From: a virus
Lineage: Duplodnaviria; Caudoviricetes
Reading direction: 5' to 3' (one strand)
Virus record (IMG/VR): IMGVR_UViG_3300026125_000003
Coordinates: 1-59,573 of that record
Length of the DNA: 59,573 nucleotides
Both the position numbers and the translations under genes were made by a program. Of this stretch, positions 42,601 to 53,783 are shown one piece after another. The number at the start of each line of letters is the position of its first letter. Position 1 is the first letter of the stretch. Below the pieces are notes generated by a model. The model made no database searches. It had not been told where the DNA came from and saw only the letters and a list, made by a program, of their open reading frames with translations.

Positions 42601-45600
42601 ATGGCAGTAAATTTAGAAGGTGCGCCATATTATGACGATTACTTAGAGGATAAACAGTTTTACCGAATTCTGTTTAAACCTGGAGTTTCCGTCCAAGCGC
42701 GAGAGCTTACCCAGATGCAAACGATCATACAAAAACAGATCGAGCGTCATGGTAGGCATATTTTCAAAGATGGTGCGGCTGTATTAGACGGCACCTTTTC
42801 GTATGTAAACAACTTTAATGCGGTAAAACTTAATCCCGCAAACGGTTCTTTTATCGTAAACGAATACCTTGATCAACTAGTCGGAAAGACTATTGTTGGT
42901 CGAGAAACTGGTATTGTTGCCCGAGTGATTACTTACGAAGAGCGCACCGAGACCGACCCACCAACAATATATGTTTCGTATGTCAACGCATCTAAAGACC
43001 GTGTAACATCTACATTTGCCGATAACGAAGAATTATATTCTACAAGCGAAACTACAATCAACGGTATCGCCAAAGGGTTTACTGTAGCGGTCACTGCTAC
43101 TAATAACGCAAAAGCGGTCGCTTCATCTGCTGCTATCACCAAAGGCGTTTACTTCGTAAAAGGTCACTTTGTACTAGTAGACGAACAGCGCATTGTAATT
43201 TCTAAGTATGACAATAAACCAAACGCAAGGATTGGTCTAAAGGTCGTAGAGTCTATTGTTACTGCTTCTGAGGACGATAGCCTTCTAGATAATGCTAGTG
43301 GTACTCCTAACAACTCTGCTATAGGCGCAGACCGTTACTCTTTAGATTTGGTGCTAACGCATATTCCTCTGGATTCCACTGATGATGCCGATTTTATCGA
43401 ACTATCTCGAGTTGTTAATGGTGTCCAACAAGCTAAAGCTAAACCAACTGAATATTCAGTACTTGAAGAAAACCTTGCTCGCCGAACTTTCGACGAATCA
43501 GGGGATTACATTGTCAAACCATTCTCGTACAAGATCAGAGAATCTTTGGACGACGGTATTAATGGCGGTGTATATGAAGTGGACCAGACTACTGAAGACG
43601 GGAATACGCCTTCGAACGATTTGATGACGCTTCAAATCTCTCCAGGTAAAGCGTATGTTCGAGGTTATGAAATCGAAACAGTTGTACCTCGTTTCATTGA
43701 TATCGAAAAACCTCGAGACACGAAACGTGTTGATGGCGCAATTTCTACTATGGAAGTCGGCAACTACATTCGAGTCAATAAAGTAGTTGGTATGCCTGAT
43801 ACTGTTGGCGCTTCTTCTGAGATTCAAGACTACCCAGTCGTGAACCTTTATGACCAACCTGGAGCAACTGGTGAAATAATCGGACAGGCGCGTGTACGTG
43901 GCTTTGAATTCGATAGCGGAAACCAAGCTTCCGACAACGATGTATTCGGCGAAAACGATCAGTTCAAGCTTTTCCTATTTGATGTTAAAATAGGCACTAA
44001 ACTTGTGATGAACGATTCTCTTGTTGCATCGCAGCTTACAGTCGGTTCTTACATTACTGGTGTCACTTCTAGGTCAAGTGGTTATGTCCGCGAGATCGAT
44101 ACTGACAACAACGTTATTTGGGTCAACTCAGCCACAGGTAAATTCATTACTGGTACTAATGGCGAGAACATAACTTCAAATAATAGCGCAGAAACTAATA
44201 ACCTAGTCACAAACTCCGGTTCAACAGCCTTGAAGATTTCTTCTGCTGTTTACAATACGTTTGAATATGTTAAAAGTTTTTCTCTTTCTGACGCAGAAGA
44301 CGTTGCTTCAGGCGGTCTTGGTGCTGGGGCAACAACATTCCAAGCTGATTCTGTACTAGAACGTTCAACTCAAATCTCAGGGTTTGTGTCAACCACGGCT
44401 GCTTCGGCAACAATCAACGGCTTCAATACCCTATTTGAGCAAGACCTTCGTGTCGGTGACGCAATTTCTATACCTTCTGGGGCTGGTGGCGTTAATCAGA
44501 TATTCTATATCTCTCAGATTAATTCTAACACCAGTTTGACAATTGATGCCGCAACATCAACTACTACCGAAAACCCAGACGGACTACCAGATGTAAGCGT
44601 ATCTTCTGTCGCTGCTTATCGCAGACGTTCAGTACTGAACGACCAAGATAAAAACATCTTGGTTCGCAAACTTGCTACCGATTACATCTCAACGCTTAAA
44701 CCAGACGGAATCAACGTAAATACAATTGCGGCTACAGTTCGCGAAGAATTCGTTGAATCTGCTAATGAAGGTAAAATTTCAATAAGCGCGGCAGGTAGAT
44801 TCTCTGCTGAATCCAACTACAACTACCAAGTTGTTGTATTAAATCCTGGTGTTGGGGCTTCTGCTTCTGCTGGCGATTATGTTAACATGGAAAATGCTGG
44901 TGTGTCAATTACTGGTGCCGATACTGGTAGCAGCAAAATTGAAATCAATGTACCAGTTAGCATTATCGGTTCTGGTTCTTCTGTACCAGTAAAAGTAATC
45001 GCAACTTACACCAAAACCAATGCTGCTCCGAAATCTAAGAGTGCAGCAATCAATAAACTATTGGTCCGTAACATCTCTGGAGTTGCTGACTATGGTACTA
45101 GCACAAACCATAGAGATTGGTCTCTTGGTACTGCTGACGTTTATAAGTTGTTGGCTGTGTATGATTCTGGTACTGTCGGAACTGCCCCTACTATTCCGAA
45201 CATCGTATACAACAATTTGTCTGGAAGTCAGTTCCAGCAAGGCGAGCTCCTTGTAGGTGAAGATTCTGGCGCAGTTGCTATGTACATTGAAAATGTCAAT
45301 AGTACATTAAGAGTTGTGCCTCAGAGTAACACCAGATTCGTTGCTGGCGAGTTAGTTACTGCCCAATCGAGCGGTATCACTTTCAACGTCACTTCTTACG
45401 AAAAGGGAAGTACTAATATTACTGGCCAGTTCCTTCTTGACACTGGACAGCGCGATAACATATACGATATAGCAAAACTTGTTAAGAAGAACGTTTCGTT
45501 CAAACCTACTGGCGATGTTGTTGTATTGTTTAAATCGTTCTCTCATGGTACTGGCGATTTCTTTACTGTCGACTCTTACTTCGGTTCTGTTGATTACTCT

Positions 45601-48600
45601 GAGATCCCTCAGTATAACTCGACTCGCGTTGATACCGAAACTCGTGACCCTGACGGTAACTATGACCTAGAATCTTGTGTTGACTTCCGCCCACGTGTTG
45701 CTGACGCTATTACTGCGGTGGATGGGACTAGCGGATTCAAATACGTAAATGCGCCTTCTTTGGACTTCAATAACCGTAACTTCTCAGGCTTGGGGTCTTC
45801 TGTAAGCCTAGTTCCTGCAGATAACTCAAACTTCTTGTACGATTATGAATACTATTTGCGTAGGAATGATTCAATTTTCTTGACTAAGAAAGGTAAATTC
45901 GTCCACGTAAAAGGTATACCAAGCGAACAACCTAACCGTCCTCTTGATATAGAGAATGCTATCCGCTTGATTGATATCGACATGGCTCCTTATGCTTCTG
46001 ATGTTTATAATGAAGTCCTTGTTAAAAAGACTAGACATAAACGTTATACAATGAAGGATATTAGTCGCCTTGAAGATCGAATCAGCACCCTTGAATATTA
46101 CACTTCTTTGACTCTACTTGAAAAAGACGCTGCTTCTCTACAGGTTAAAGACGCGAACGGTCTAGACCGTTTTAAATCTGGATTTGTAGTTGATAACTTT
46201 GCTGGTCATGCGACTGGTGACGTTCTAGCTCGCGATTACCGCTGTGCTATGGACATGTCTTCTCGAGTTTTGAGACCTAAGTATTCGATGCGAAATATAG
46301 CATTGACAGAAAATGATCTTGAAGGATCTAACTACAAGGTCACTGGCAATATCGCTACTCTCGATTACGAAAACGTTGTTTCTATAGAACAGGTTTATGC
46401 TTCTCGTATTGAAAACCTAAACCCAGTATTGAATTTCTCTTGGGCTGGACGAGTTAAATTAGAACCTTCTTCTGACGAATGGTTTGAAATTAACCGCCTA
46501 CCTGATATTACAATCAACCAGGAAGGTAACTTCAATACAGTTTTGGCTCAGAACGCGAATGCCCTTGGTACAATCTGGGATGCCCCAACACTACAATGGA
46601 GCGGAAATACCACAACATCTTCCACGGAATGGAGAGAAACACAGTTCGGTAATGGTCCTAACGGTGCGCGTGCCCCACGTCGAATATTGAGAACTACAAC
46701 TACTACAGAAACTGGTACCGCAACGCGGACTGGTGTTTCTACTCAGGTAGTGCAGCAGATCGATATTGAGTCTCAAGGCGATGCTCTGTTGTCATCTGAA
46801 CTTATCCCATACATGCGCTCTCGCGATATCTACTTTGAAGCAAATGGTCTTAAACCGTTCACTCGTGTTTACCCATTCTTCGATAAAGTTAATGTTAGCA
46901 ATTATGTACAACGTGCTACTGGCGCGTATGAACCTATAGATCCTAATGCAGTGAAAGTTGCTACTGTCGGCGATAAGAAGTGGACTAAGATATCTAAAGT
47001 CGAGATCTTCTATGACGGTAACAGAATTGTTAATACAATATACCTACAATGGAAACAGAACCCAGACGACGATTGGCGTCTGATTGGGCGTGTAGCTTCC
47101 GAAAACTCAGGCGGTGTCGCTTCTCCTAATGGATACAATGTTGCTGCGTTTAATCTGGGAACAGATAGCTATGTAGAACCAAACGAGAACGGGTTGGTCT
47201 ACTTCCGCGTACTTGTTAACCGTCGTAACATGAACATCCCTGCCTCAGACGGCAGCTATGGTGGCGCTTACACTGAGTACCTTTCCGTTCAGTTAAGTGA
47301 AATACGTTCTTATGCTGTATTGGAAAACCCTGCTGAAGCTGAAGAAGGCACTGATCCAAACTACTACTTGTTGGACAACCCTACTCGCGCTGAAGTTACT
47401 TCCACTTTCAATATATCGAAAAAGAGTTGGGAATGGATCGTACCATGGTACGATAGTTTCATTAGAGGATACCCAGGGGTTTCTAAACTTGCCGACCAGT
47501 CTGGTTCAGCTAAAAACTTGTTCGATGGCGTTGTAAACTATGACTCCAACCGTTCAAATTTATCTGAAGCCTATGCATCTAACTCTAGACATGATATCGT
47601 GGTTGAGTGGAAGATGCGCGGTGGCGTTTCTTCAAGCGGTGCTGCAGAAGAGTTGTTTATATCTCCAGATAATATTTCTCTCGACGATGGCGCACTGGTT
47701 ACTGACGGTGCCGGTCGAGTTGCTGGTGTATTCACAATCCCTGACTCTACTATAGCTGGTAATCCTGCGTTCTTGACAGGTGAACGTCTGTTCCGCCTAT
47801 CTTCATCTCCGACTAATGCCGATGAAGGTGTTGAAACATTCGCTCAGGCTCCATATACTGCTAAAGGTATTCTGGAAACGCGCCAAGAAACTTTCACAGC
47901 CACTCGTAACGGTGTTGTGACAACTAGGGACGTCAGTGAAACGGTGAACGTTTCTCGAGTAGTTGACAGAACTACTACCCAAATTGGTTGGTGGGACCCT
48001 CTAGCTCAGTCAATCATGCCTTCTACTGAAGGTGGCGAGTTCGTCACTAAGGTTGAAGTATTCTTCCATAGTAAAGACCCTAGCCTACCAGTAACATGTG
48101 AACTTCGCGAGATGGTTAATGGTTACCCAACAACCAAAGTTCTTCCAATGGCGTCTAAGACTCTTACTCCTGATGAAGTATATACTGACCCATTGAAAGG
48201 TGAAGTTGGTACGAGTTTCGTATTCGATTCTCCGATCTACCTACCTCAGAACGTAGAAGTTGCTATTGTACTTTGGACCGATTCCGACAAATACTTGACT
48301 TGGATTAGTCGAATGGGTGATAAGGATACTAATGGTCGTACGATTTCTGAACAGCCTTACCTTGGTGTGTTGTTTAAATCGCAGAACAACTCAACTTGGA
48401 CTGCTTATGATTATGAAGACCTCAAGTTTAGAGTATATCGCGCCAAGTTTGATATTTCTCAGCCTGCAACTATTGTCCTAGAAAACGATAGTGATAAAAT
48501 GGTCGAGCAAATTCGAAACTTTAACCCAATATCTCTTACTGCTGGAAGCACTGTGGTGAAAGTTAATCACAGCGACCACGGTATGTACAGCGGTAGCGAT

Positions 48601-49896
48601 TATGTGACGCTCTCTGGCTTGTCTTCTAACGTAGTTCAACAGATGATCACTGAAATCGACTCAGTATCTTCCGGAGTTTCTTTCTTTGTGGGTGACGCAA
48701 CTACTGTGACATCTCCTTGGAATGGAATGCCAGACCCTACTGATACAGTGACTGAACACTACTTTAAAATATACAATTTGGCTCAGTTTGAAGAACAACC
48801 TGAGATTATCAAAGGTACTGTTTCTTTGGATACTGAACCGACTAGTGGTCAGACTCGCTACAAGATTACAGCTACTCAACGTGGTCTATTCGGGACACTA
48901 GCATTAACATTCCCATTGATAGATGTTAATGGCGACGGTTCTTTGTACGCTGGATCTCCGGTTGAGCTTTATGAATATAATGGAATACCATTGTCAGATA
49001 TTAATGCGACGCATAAAATTATCGACCATGGTCTGGATTATTACACAATTGACATCTCAGACGTTGATTCTTATTCTGGCGCAGTTCCTTCTATCACTGA
49101 GAATATCGGTGGCGAAAGGGAAGTGAGAGCAACGTTTAATGCTATGGCTGACGCTTATCAGTTGATGATACCGATTATCAATTACCCTGAAACTTCTGTT
49201 CGCACAGAACTACAGATGGTAACGGCTACTTCACCGAGCGGCAATCAGGCGCCATACATAAGCACAGGATACTTTGAAACAACTGTCGGTGATCGTGTTG
49301 AGTTCGCTGATCCGCATATGATTGCTTCGACTACTAACGAAGCTAAATCAGCTGGCGGCAATAAGACGTTCAGAACCCGCATCACTCTTCAATCTACTGT
49401 AGATAACTTATCTCCAGTCGTTGACCTTGAGCGTAAATCTATCACCACGTACTCTAACCGTTTGGATAACATTAAGAGTGCTAATGATGTGTTCCCAGCA
49501 GAAAGTTTTGTTGAAGCAACTGAGCCAGAAGGCGATAGCGGCGAATCTATCTACATTACTAAACGAGTTCAGCTAGAAACTCCAGCAACTTCAATCAAGG
49601 TACTTCTTGATATTATTCGAGATGCTTCTGCTGAAGTTCAAGTTATGTACAAGATTCTACGTTCTGATGACTCTACTGACTTCGATGAAATCGGTTGGAC
49701 TTACTTCAACGGAACTGGTGGTCCTGATAAAAATGTATTGCCAGTAAGCGATCTTTTGACTTACAAAGAATATGAGTTCACAGAAGACGAACTTCCTGAA
49801 TTTATCTCTTTTGCTGTTAAGATCAAGATGAATGGTACTAACTCTGCTCGTCCTCCTCAATTGAAGAATTTACGAGCAATAGCATTGGCGGTATAA
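42601..49896 (+). CDS. large virion structural protein (VrlC/DUF4815-like)
   Basis: PYYDD...FYRILFKPG..VQARELTQ.Q, LARRTFDESGDY, RYTMKDI..LE.RI..LEYYTSL, DPLAQS, LRAIALA end. Confidence 0.85.
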   Translation: MAVNLEGAPYYDDYLEDKQFYRILFKPGVSVQARELTQMQTIIQKQIERHGRHIFKDGAAVLDGTFSYVNNFNAVKLNPANGSFIVNEYLDQLVGKTIVGRETGIVARVITYEERTETDPPTIYVSYVNASKDRVTSTFADNEELYSTSETTINGIAKGFTVAVTATNNAKAVASSAAITKGVYFVKGHFVLVDEQRIVISKYDNKPNARIGLKVVESIVTASEDDSLLDNASGTPNNSAIGADRYSLDLVLTHIPLDSTDDADFIELSRVVNGVQQAKAKPTEYSVLEENLARRTFDESGDYIVKPFSYKIRESLDDGINGGVYEVDQTTEDGNTPSNDLMTLQISPGKAYVRGYEIETVVPRFIDIEKPRDTKRVDGAISTMEVGNYIRVNKVVGMPDTVGASSEIQDYPVVNLYDQPGATGEIIGQARVRGFEFDSGNQASDNDVFGENDQFKLFLFDVKIGTKLVMNDSLVASQLTVGSYITGVTSRSSGYVREIDTDNNVIWVNSATGKFITGTNGENITSNNSAETNNLVTNSGSTALKISSAVYNTFEYVKSFSLSDAEDVASGGLGAGATTFQADSVLERSTQISGFVSTTAASATINGFNTLFEQDLRVGDAISIPSGAGGVNQIFYISQINSNTSLTIDAATSTTTENPDGLPDVSVSSVAAYRRRSVLNDQDKNILVRKLATDYISTLKPDGINVNTIAATVREEFVESANEGKISISAAGRFSAESNYNYQVVVLNPGVGASASAGDYVNMENAGVSITGADTGSSKIEINVPVSIIGSGSSVPVKVIATYTKTNAAPKSKSAAINKLLVRNISGVADYGTSTNHRDWSLGTADVYKLLAVYDSGTVGTAPTIPNIVYNNLSGSQFQQGELLVGEDSGAVAMYIENVNSTLRVVPQSNTRFVAGELVTAQSSGITFNVTSYEKGSTNITGQFLLDTGQRDNIYDIAKLVKKNVSFKPTGDVVVLFKSFSHGTGDFFTVDSYFGSVDYSEIPQYNSTRVDTETRDPDGNYDLESCVDFRPRVADAITAVDGTSGFKYVNAPSLDFNNRNFSGLGSSVSLVPADNSNFLYDYEYYLRRNDSIFLTKKGKFVHVKGIPSEQPNRPLDIENAIRLIDIDMAPYASDVYNEVLVKKTRHKRYTMKDISRLEDRISTLEYYTSLTLLEKDAASLQVKDANGLDRFKSGFVVDNFAGHATGDVLARDYRCAMDMSSRVLRPKYSMRNIALTENDLEGSNYKVTGNIATLDYENVVSIEQVYASRIENLNPVLNFSWAGRVKLEPSSDEWFEINRLPDITINQEGNFNTVLAQNANALGTIWDAPTLQWSGNTTTSSTEWRETQFGNGPNGARAPRRILRTTTTTETGTATRTGVSTQVVQQIDIESQGDALLSSELIPYMRSRDIYFEANGLKPFTRVYPFFDKVNVSNYVQRATGAYEPIDPNAVKVATVGDKKWTKISKVEIFYDGNRIVNTIYLQWKQNPDDDWRLIGRVASENSGGVASPNGYNVAAFNLGTDSYVEPNENGLVYFRVLVNRRNMNIPASDGSYGGAYTEYLSVQLSEIRSYAVLENPAEAEEGTDPNYYLLDNPTRAEVTSTFNISKKSWEWIVPWYDSFIRGYPGVSKLADQSGSAKNLFDGVVNYDSNRSNLSEAYASNSRHDIVVEWKMRGGVSSSGAAEELFISPDNISLDDGALVTDGAGRVAGVFTIPDSTIAGNPAFLTGERLFRLSSSPTNADEGVETFAQAPYTAKGILETRQETFTATRNGVVTTRDVSETVNVSRVVDRTTTQIGWWDPLAQSIMPSTEGGEFVTKVEVFFHSKDPSLPVTCELREMVNGYPTTKVLPMASKTLTPDEVYTDPLKGEVGTSFVFDSPIYLPQNVEVAIVLWTDSDKYLTWISRMGDKDTNGRTISEQPYLGVLFKSQNNSTWTAYDYEDLKFRVYRAKFDISQPATIVLENDSDKMVEQIRNFNPISLTAGSTVVKVNHSDHGMYSGSDYVTLSGLSSNVVQQMITEIDSVSSGVSFFVGDATTVTSPWNGMPDPTDTVTEHYFKIYNLAQFEEQPEIIKGTVSLDTEPTSGQTRYKITATQRGLFGTLALTFPLIDVNGDGSLYAGSPVELYEYNGIPLSDINATHKIIDHGLDYYTIDISDVDSYSGAVPSITENIGGEREVRATFNAMADAYQLMIPIINYPETSVRTELQMVTATSPSGNQAPYISTGYFETTVGDRVEFADPHMIASTTNEAKSAGGNKTFRTRITLQSTVDNLSPVVDLERKSITTYSNRLDNIKSANDVFPAESFVEATEPEGDSGESIYITKRVQLETPATSIKVLLDIIRDASAEVQVMYKILRSDDSTDFDEIGWTYFNGTGGPDKNVLPVSDLLTYKEYEFTEDELPEFISFAVKIKMNGTNSARPPQLKNLRAIALAV

Positions 49897-49897
49897 T

Positions 49898-50128
49898 ATG
49901 AAAAATAAAATACTACCAGTAAAGGAGCGCCCCGATCTGGGGCGCGACGTTAATTCCACTGCCATAATCAATACTGATAGAGAGGCATACCAAAAAGCTG
50001 TCGAGGAATATAAAATCGCAAAAGCTCGAGCCGAACGCGCAAAAGCTGTTGAAGAGGATATAAATAACCTAAAGACAGAATTAAGCGAGATAAAATGCTT
50101 GCTGAAGAATTTACTGGAAAAGGTATAG
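49898..50128 (+). CDS. conserved small coiled-coil protein
   Basis: V...PDL.RD.NS.AIINTD...Y; INNLK.ELSEIK.LL. Confidence 0.75.
   Translation: MKNKILPVKERPDLGRDVNSTAIINTDREAYQKAVEEYKIAKARAERAKAVEEDINNLKTELSEIKCLLKNLLEKV
50059..50066 (+). promoter_or_regulatory. late promoter TATAAATA
   Basis: Exact consensus upstream of the tail fibre gene. Confidence 0.55.
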
Positions 50129-50133
50129 ACTGA

Positions 50134-53100
50134 ATGGCAAATTTAACTTTAAGAAACTCAAAGGCAAATATTGAGGCGGAAATTGGGACTATATCCGATA
50201 CAACAGGATATACCTTTAAAACTACCCCATTGAATACTATCGAGATGGACGAAAACCTTATTGAGCTGGAAACAGATGTCTCAAATAGGGTTTCGAAGTC
50301 TTCGCCTTCAACAATAACCTTTACCGATAATGCTTCGCAGAACAACTTCACTGGTCTTACAATAGACCACAATATGAGTGGCTCAACTACCTTCACAGGC
50401 AACAGGGCTCACAAGTCTATATTCATTGACATTGATAGTTCGGCGACTGGCGGTACTACCGCAAACGAACATCAGATCTATGGTATTGATAAGAATATAT
50501 CAGTAACTGGTGACTCTGACCTAGTTATTGGTGATAACACATACCTATCATTAAACCAAGGTAACAATGCTATATCTGCGGTTTATGGTACAAAGGTCAG
50601 CATCGATTTGTCCGGAGACAACTTTACCGACGTTTATGGTACACAAGTAGTTGTTTCTAAGAAAGGTACGAACGCAGATATTGGAATCAACATCTACGGT
50701 GCGATGAACAATGTTGTACTTGAGGCGGGAACTGCTCAATCAACAAATGTTATTGGTACACTGTCAAGAATAACAAATAACTACAATGCTACTCCAGCTT
50801 CTTCACTCACAGCGTTGTTCTATGGCGATTTCGATGGTACTATAACCGATCTATCTAACGCCAATACATACGGCTTATACATCCCTGACAACGTTAAAAA
50901 CTACGTTGGTGGCAACCTAACAGTTGGCGGAGATCTCCTTGTAACGGGCGATATAAATCGCATAAACGTTACTGACTTATATGTATCTGATAGAAAGATC
51001 CTGTTAAATTCCGAATATACCGATGCTCCAGTCGACGCGAACGATGCGGGCATTGAAGTTGAGCGCGGAACTGGAACTAACACTTCAATCTATTGGGATG
51101 AAAGCGCTGACCGTTGGGTTTTCCAGGATATAAGCGGAACATCCGGAGCGGCTAAAGCATACAACATGTTCCGTCCAGGTTCAGATACTTCCATAACTAT
51201 CACTTCAGACGGAGCCGGAAGTACTGCGCTAAAAACCAGCGATACATTGACAGTTGCTGGCGGAAATGTGATAACCACGTCACATTCTGCTGGAACAATT
51301 ACAGTTAAACATGATGATGTATCAAGTAACCTAACTGGGACCACTACTTCAGCGCCATCCTTCGGTGGAACATTCACGGCTATCTCTGGGATAACTGTCA
51401 ACGCGCAAGGTCACGTAACAGCCGCAACAACTAAGACTGTTACTATTCCTTCACTACCAACCCTCGATAACTATGTTTCTTGGACGTTGTCTGGTGATAC
51501 AGGGTCTCAAACTATAGGTTCCGGAAACAATGCCAAGTTCCTTGGCGGGAATTCTATAACAACAGCCGCCAGCGCTACTGACACATTGACTATTGACCTA
51601 GACGATACGATCTATATCACTGACATTAAAGTTCCGGATACAACCGGAACTACTGTAGCGTCAGACTTAACTATTAATGGCGGGAAAAACATTGATTCAA
51701 CAAGGAATCATGGCGCAGGGCAGATTGTAATAACTGATGCGTACGCAACTGGTGGTTCTTCCTCAATTGCTGGCGGACGCACCCGAGTAGGTATTAATGG
51801 TGGCTCAGGAGCCCTTATCCAAGCTAGTGGGGCAGACCCAAATACTACCCCTAAAGGCGGTGCGGCATATATCGCTGCTGGTGCTGGTATCAATTCTTCC
51901 GGTTCAACAAGTCGGACGAATGCAGAAATATTGCTCGACGGTGGTCGTGCGGACGGAGCAGAAAGTGGTAGTGTAACCATCACCTCTAGTAGCGCATCAG
52001 GTGTCACTAACCAAGGTGGCGCTGATGTTATAGTCAACTGCGGGCAGGGTACTGGTACTCAGTTTGGCGGTGATTTTAAAGTATACTCATCCTATTCTGG
52101 ATCTTCAGGCAGCACAACAAATCCTCTCGAACTAGTTTTTGCTGCCAACGCTAGTGGCGGAATTGTTGTAAATAGGGGTGGTATATCTCTAAATGCTGTT
52201 GGTAGTGCGGATGCTAACATATACTCGGGGAGAGGCGACTTAACCCTAAATGCTGGTAAATTAAGGGTATTTGGCGGACAAGCAGCTGGGTCATCGGCAA
52301 ACGGTCAAGCTTCAACAATTTATGGTGAAGATGCGGTTGGAACGGACAAGACAGGCGGCGACATAGTTTTCCGCACAGGTCGAGGGACCGGAACTGCGGT
52401 TGGTTCAAAATACCAGTTCAATACTGTTATACCTTCAGGATCAAGCTCAAGCAGCCTGCAGGCTTTTAGTGTGGCAATGGAACTTGGGCATGGACAGCTT
52501 AAGTTCCCTGGTTTTGGTGGCGGTCTTGCTATACTAAATGGCGGAAGCCGTGCTAGTAGCGCCACTCTCGGTGGGCATACTCCAACCCTTACAAGTCATA
52601 TTAACCTCATTGACTACCTTGAAAATGGTAATCCTGGCGCGTTGATAATATCTCACGATAACACAACAGCTGAAGATGCCGATACTGAGCTTCTCTACAT
52701 CGACAAAGATTTCTTCGAATGGAAGGGCAGTAAAATATGGCATGCGGGTAACGATGGGTCAGGTTCGACACTAGATGCCGATACTGTAGACGGTGTCCAT
52801 GCCTCTTCTTTATTACGTTCAGATACAGCGGATACTAAAACCAGTGGCGCTTTAATATTTAATGATAATGTCAATGCTAATTTTGGTTCAGGTTCTGATA
52901 TTGAAATATTCTGTAATGGAAGTAACTTCTACACCGATATCAATAACGGTATGAATTGGTATCTACGTGATGGTAATAGCTCAAACGCTACAAGGTTCAC
53001 TTTTGATATTGATACCGGAGACTTGACTCTAGCGACTGGCGCTTTGATCGAATCTTCAGATGAACGCTTGAAGACTGATATTAAGCGTATAGATAATGCG

Positions 53101-53325
53101 TTGGATAAAGTATCTGAGCTTGCTGGTTACACCTTTATGAAGGAAGGTAGCAATGTTCGTCAAACAGGCGTAATCGCTCAAGAAGTCGAAAAGGTTCTAC
53201 CAGAAGCTGTAAGTGAAGGTGAAGATGGCTATAAGGGTGTTGCTTATGCCAATATGGTAGGTCTTTTGATTGAGGCAATTAATGAACTACGTGCTGAAGT
53301 AAACGATATTAAATCTAAAATCTAA
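50134..53325 (+). CDS. tail fibre protein with C-terminal intramolecular chaperone (peptidase S74)
   Basis: AGIEVERG..WDES.DRW, WHAGNDGSGS.LDAD..DG, SSDERLKTDI..IDNAL.KV, GVIAQEVEKVLPEAV, GLLIEAI.EL. Confidence 0.88.
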   Translation: MANLTLRNSKANIEAEIGTISDTTGYTFKTTPLNTIEMDENLIELETDVSNRVSKSSPSTITFTDNASQNNFTGLTIDHNMSGSTTFTGNRAHKSIFIDIDSSATGGTTANEHQIYGIDKNISVTGDSDLVIGDNTYLSLNQGNNAISAVYGTKVSIDLSGDNFTDVYGTQVVVSKKGTNADIGINIYGAMNNVVLEAGTAQSTNVIGTLSRITNNYNATPASSLTALFYGDFDGTITDLSNANTYGLYIPDNVKNYVGGNLTVGGDLLVTGDINRINVTDLYVSDRKILLNSEYTDAPVDANDAGIEVERGTGTNTSIYWDESADRWVFQDISGTSGAAKAYNMFRPGSDTSITITSDGAGSTALKTSDTLTVAGGNVITTSHSAGTITVKHDDVSSNLTGTTTSAPSFGGTFTAISGITVNAQGHVTAATTKTVTIPSLPTLDNYVSWTLSGDTGSQTIGSGNNAKFLGGNSITTAASATDTLTIDLDDTIYITDIKVPDTTGTTVASDLTINGGKNIDSTRNHGAGQIVITDAYATGGSSSIAGGRTRVGINGGSGALIQASGADPNTTPKGGAAYIAAGAGINSSGSTSRTNAEILLDGGRADGAESGSVTITSSSASGVTNQGGADVIVNCGQGTGTQFGGDFKVYSSYSGSSGSTTNPLELVFAANASGGIVVNRGGISLNAVGSADANIYSGRGDLTLNAGKLRVFGGQAAGSSANGQASTIYGEDAVGTDKTGGDIVFRTGRGTGTAVGSKYQFNTVIPSGSSSSSLQAFSVAMELGHGQLKFPGFGGGLAILNGGSRASSATLGGHTPTLTSHINLIDYLENGNPGALIISHDNTTAEDADTELLYIDKDFFEWKGSKIWHAGNDGSGSTLDADTVDGVHASSLLRSDTADTKTSGALIFNDNVNANFGSGSDIEIFCNGSNFYTDINNGMNWYLRDGNSSNATRFTFDIDTGDLTLATGALIESSDERLKTDIKRIDNALDKVSELAGYTFMKEGSNVRQTGVIAQEVEKVLPEAVSEGEDGYKGVAYANMVGLLIEAINELRAEVNDIKSKI

Positions 53326-53335
53326 TAGCGTAGCA

Positions 53336-53354
53336 GGGGTCGAAAGACCCCTTA
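53336..53354 (+). terminator. hairpin terminator with GAAA loop
   Basis: GGGGTC-GAAA-GACCCC followed by TTAT, just after the tail fibre stop. Confidence 0.65.
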
Positions 53355-53382
53355 TATTCACCCCGCCCCGAACAGTAGTTCT

Positions 53383-53411
53383 ATTATACTACGACTTTAA
53401 TGAAAAGTAAA
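53383..53411 (-). promoter_or_regulatory. early-type promoter on the minus strand (antisense to late genes)
   Basis: Reverse complement reads CTTTACT-17-TATAAT, the same consensus as the nine + strand early promoters. Confidence 0.7.
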
Positions 53412-53412
53412 G

Positions 53413-53420
53413 TATAAATA
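53413..53420 (+). promoter_or_regulatory. late promoter TATAAATA
   Basis: Exact consensus about 25 nt before ATG 53445. Confidence 0.8.
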
Positions 53421-53444
53421 TTAAAAACTTTAGAGAATAATTCG

Positions 53445-53780
53445 ATGGCAACAATCAGAAATCTAATAATCGATCAAGGTTCTACGTTCGGAGCCATTAT
53501 CACCATCTCAAACGATGCTGGAAACCCATTCGTCTTAACAGATTACACGGCAGAAGCTCAAATGAGGAGGTCTCCTACTTCCCAATCGCCTGCTGCGATA
53601 TTCACTTGTGATATTGTAACCCCAGAAGAAGGCAAAGTCGCTATATCATTGACGGATGAAGAGACTATGGTGTTAAAGCCTGGAAGGTATGTTTACGACC
53701 TTTATGTTGAAGATATTGATGGCAGAAGATATCGAGCAATCGAAGGGATTGTTACTGTAACACCTACCGTCACCAGATAA
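53445..53780 (+). CDS. virion structural/adaptor protein
   Basis: NL.IDQGSTF, LT.Y.AEAQMR, ISLT..ET..LKPGRYVYD, R.IEG.VTVTP.VTR. Confidence 0.75.
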   Translation: MATIRNLIIDQGSTFGAIITISNDAGNPFVLTDYTAEAQMRRSPTSQSPAAIFTCDIVTPEEGKVAISLTDEETMVLKPGRYVYDLYVEDIDGRRYRAIEGIVTVTPTVTR

Positions 53781-53783
53781 CCC

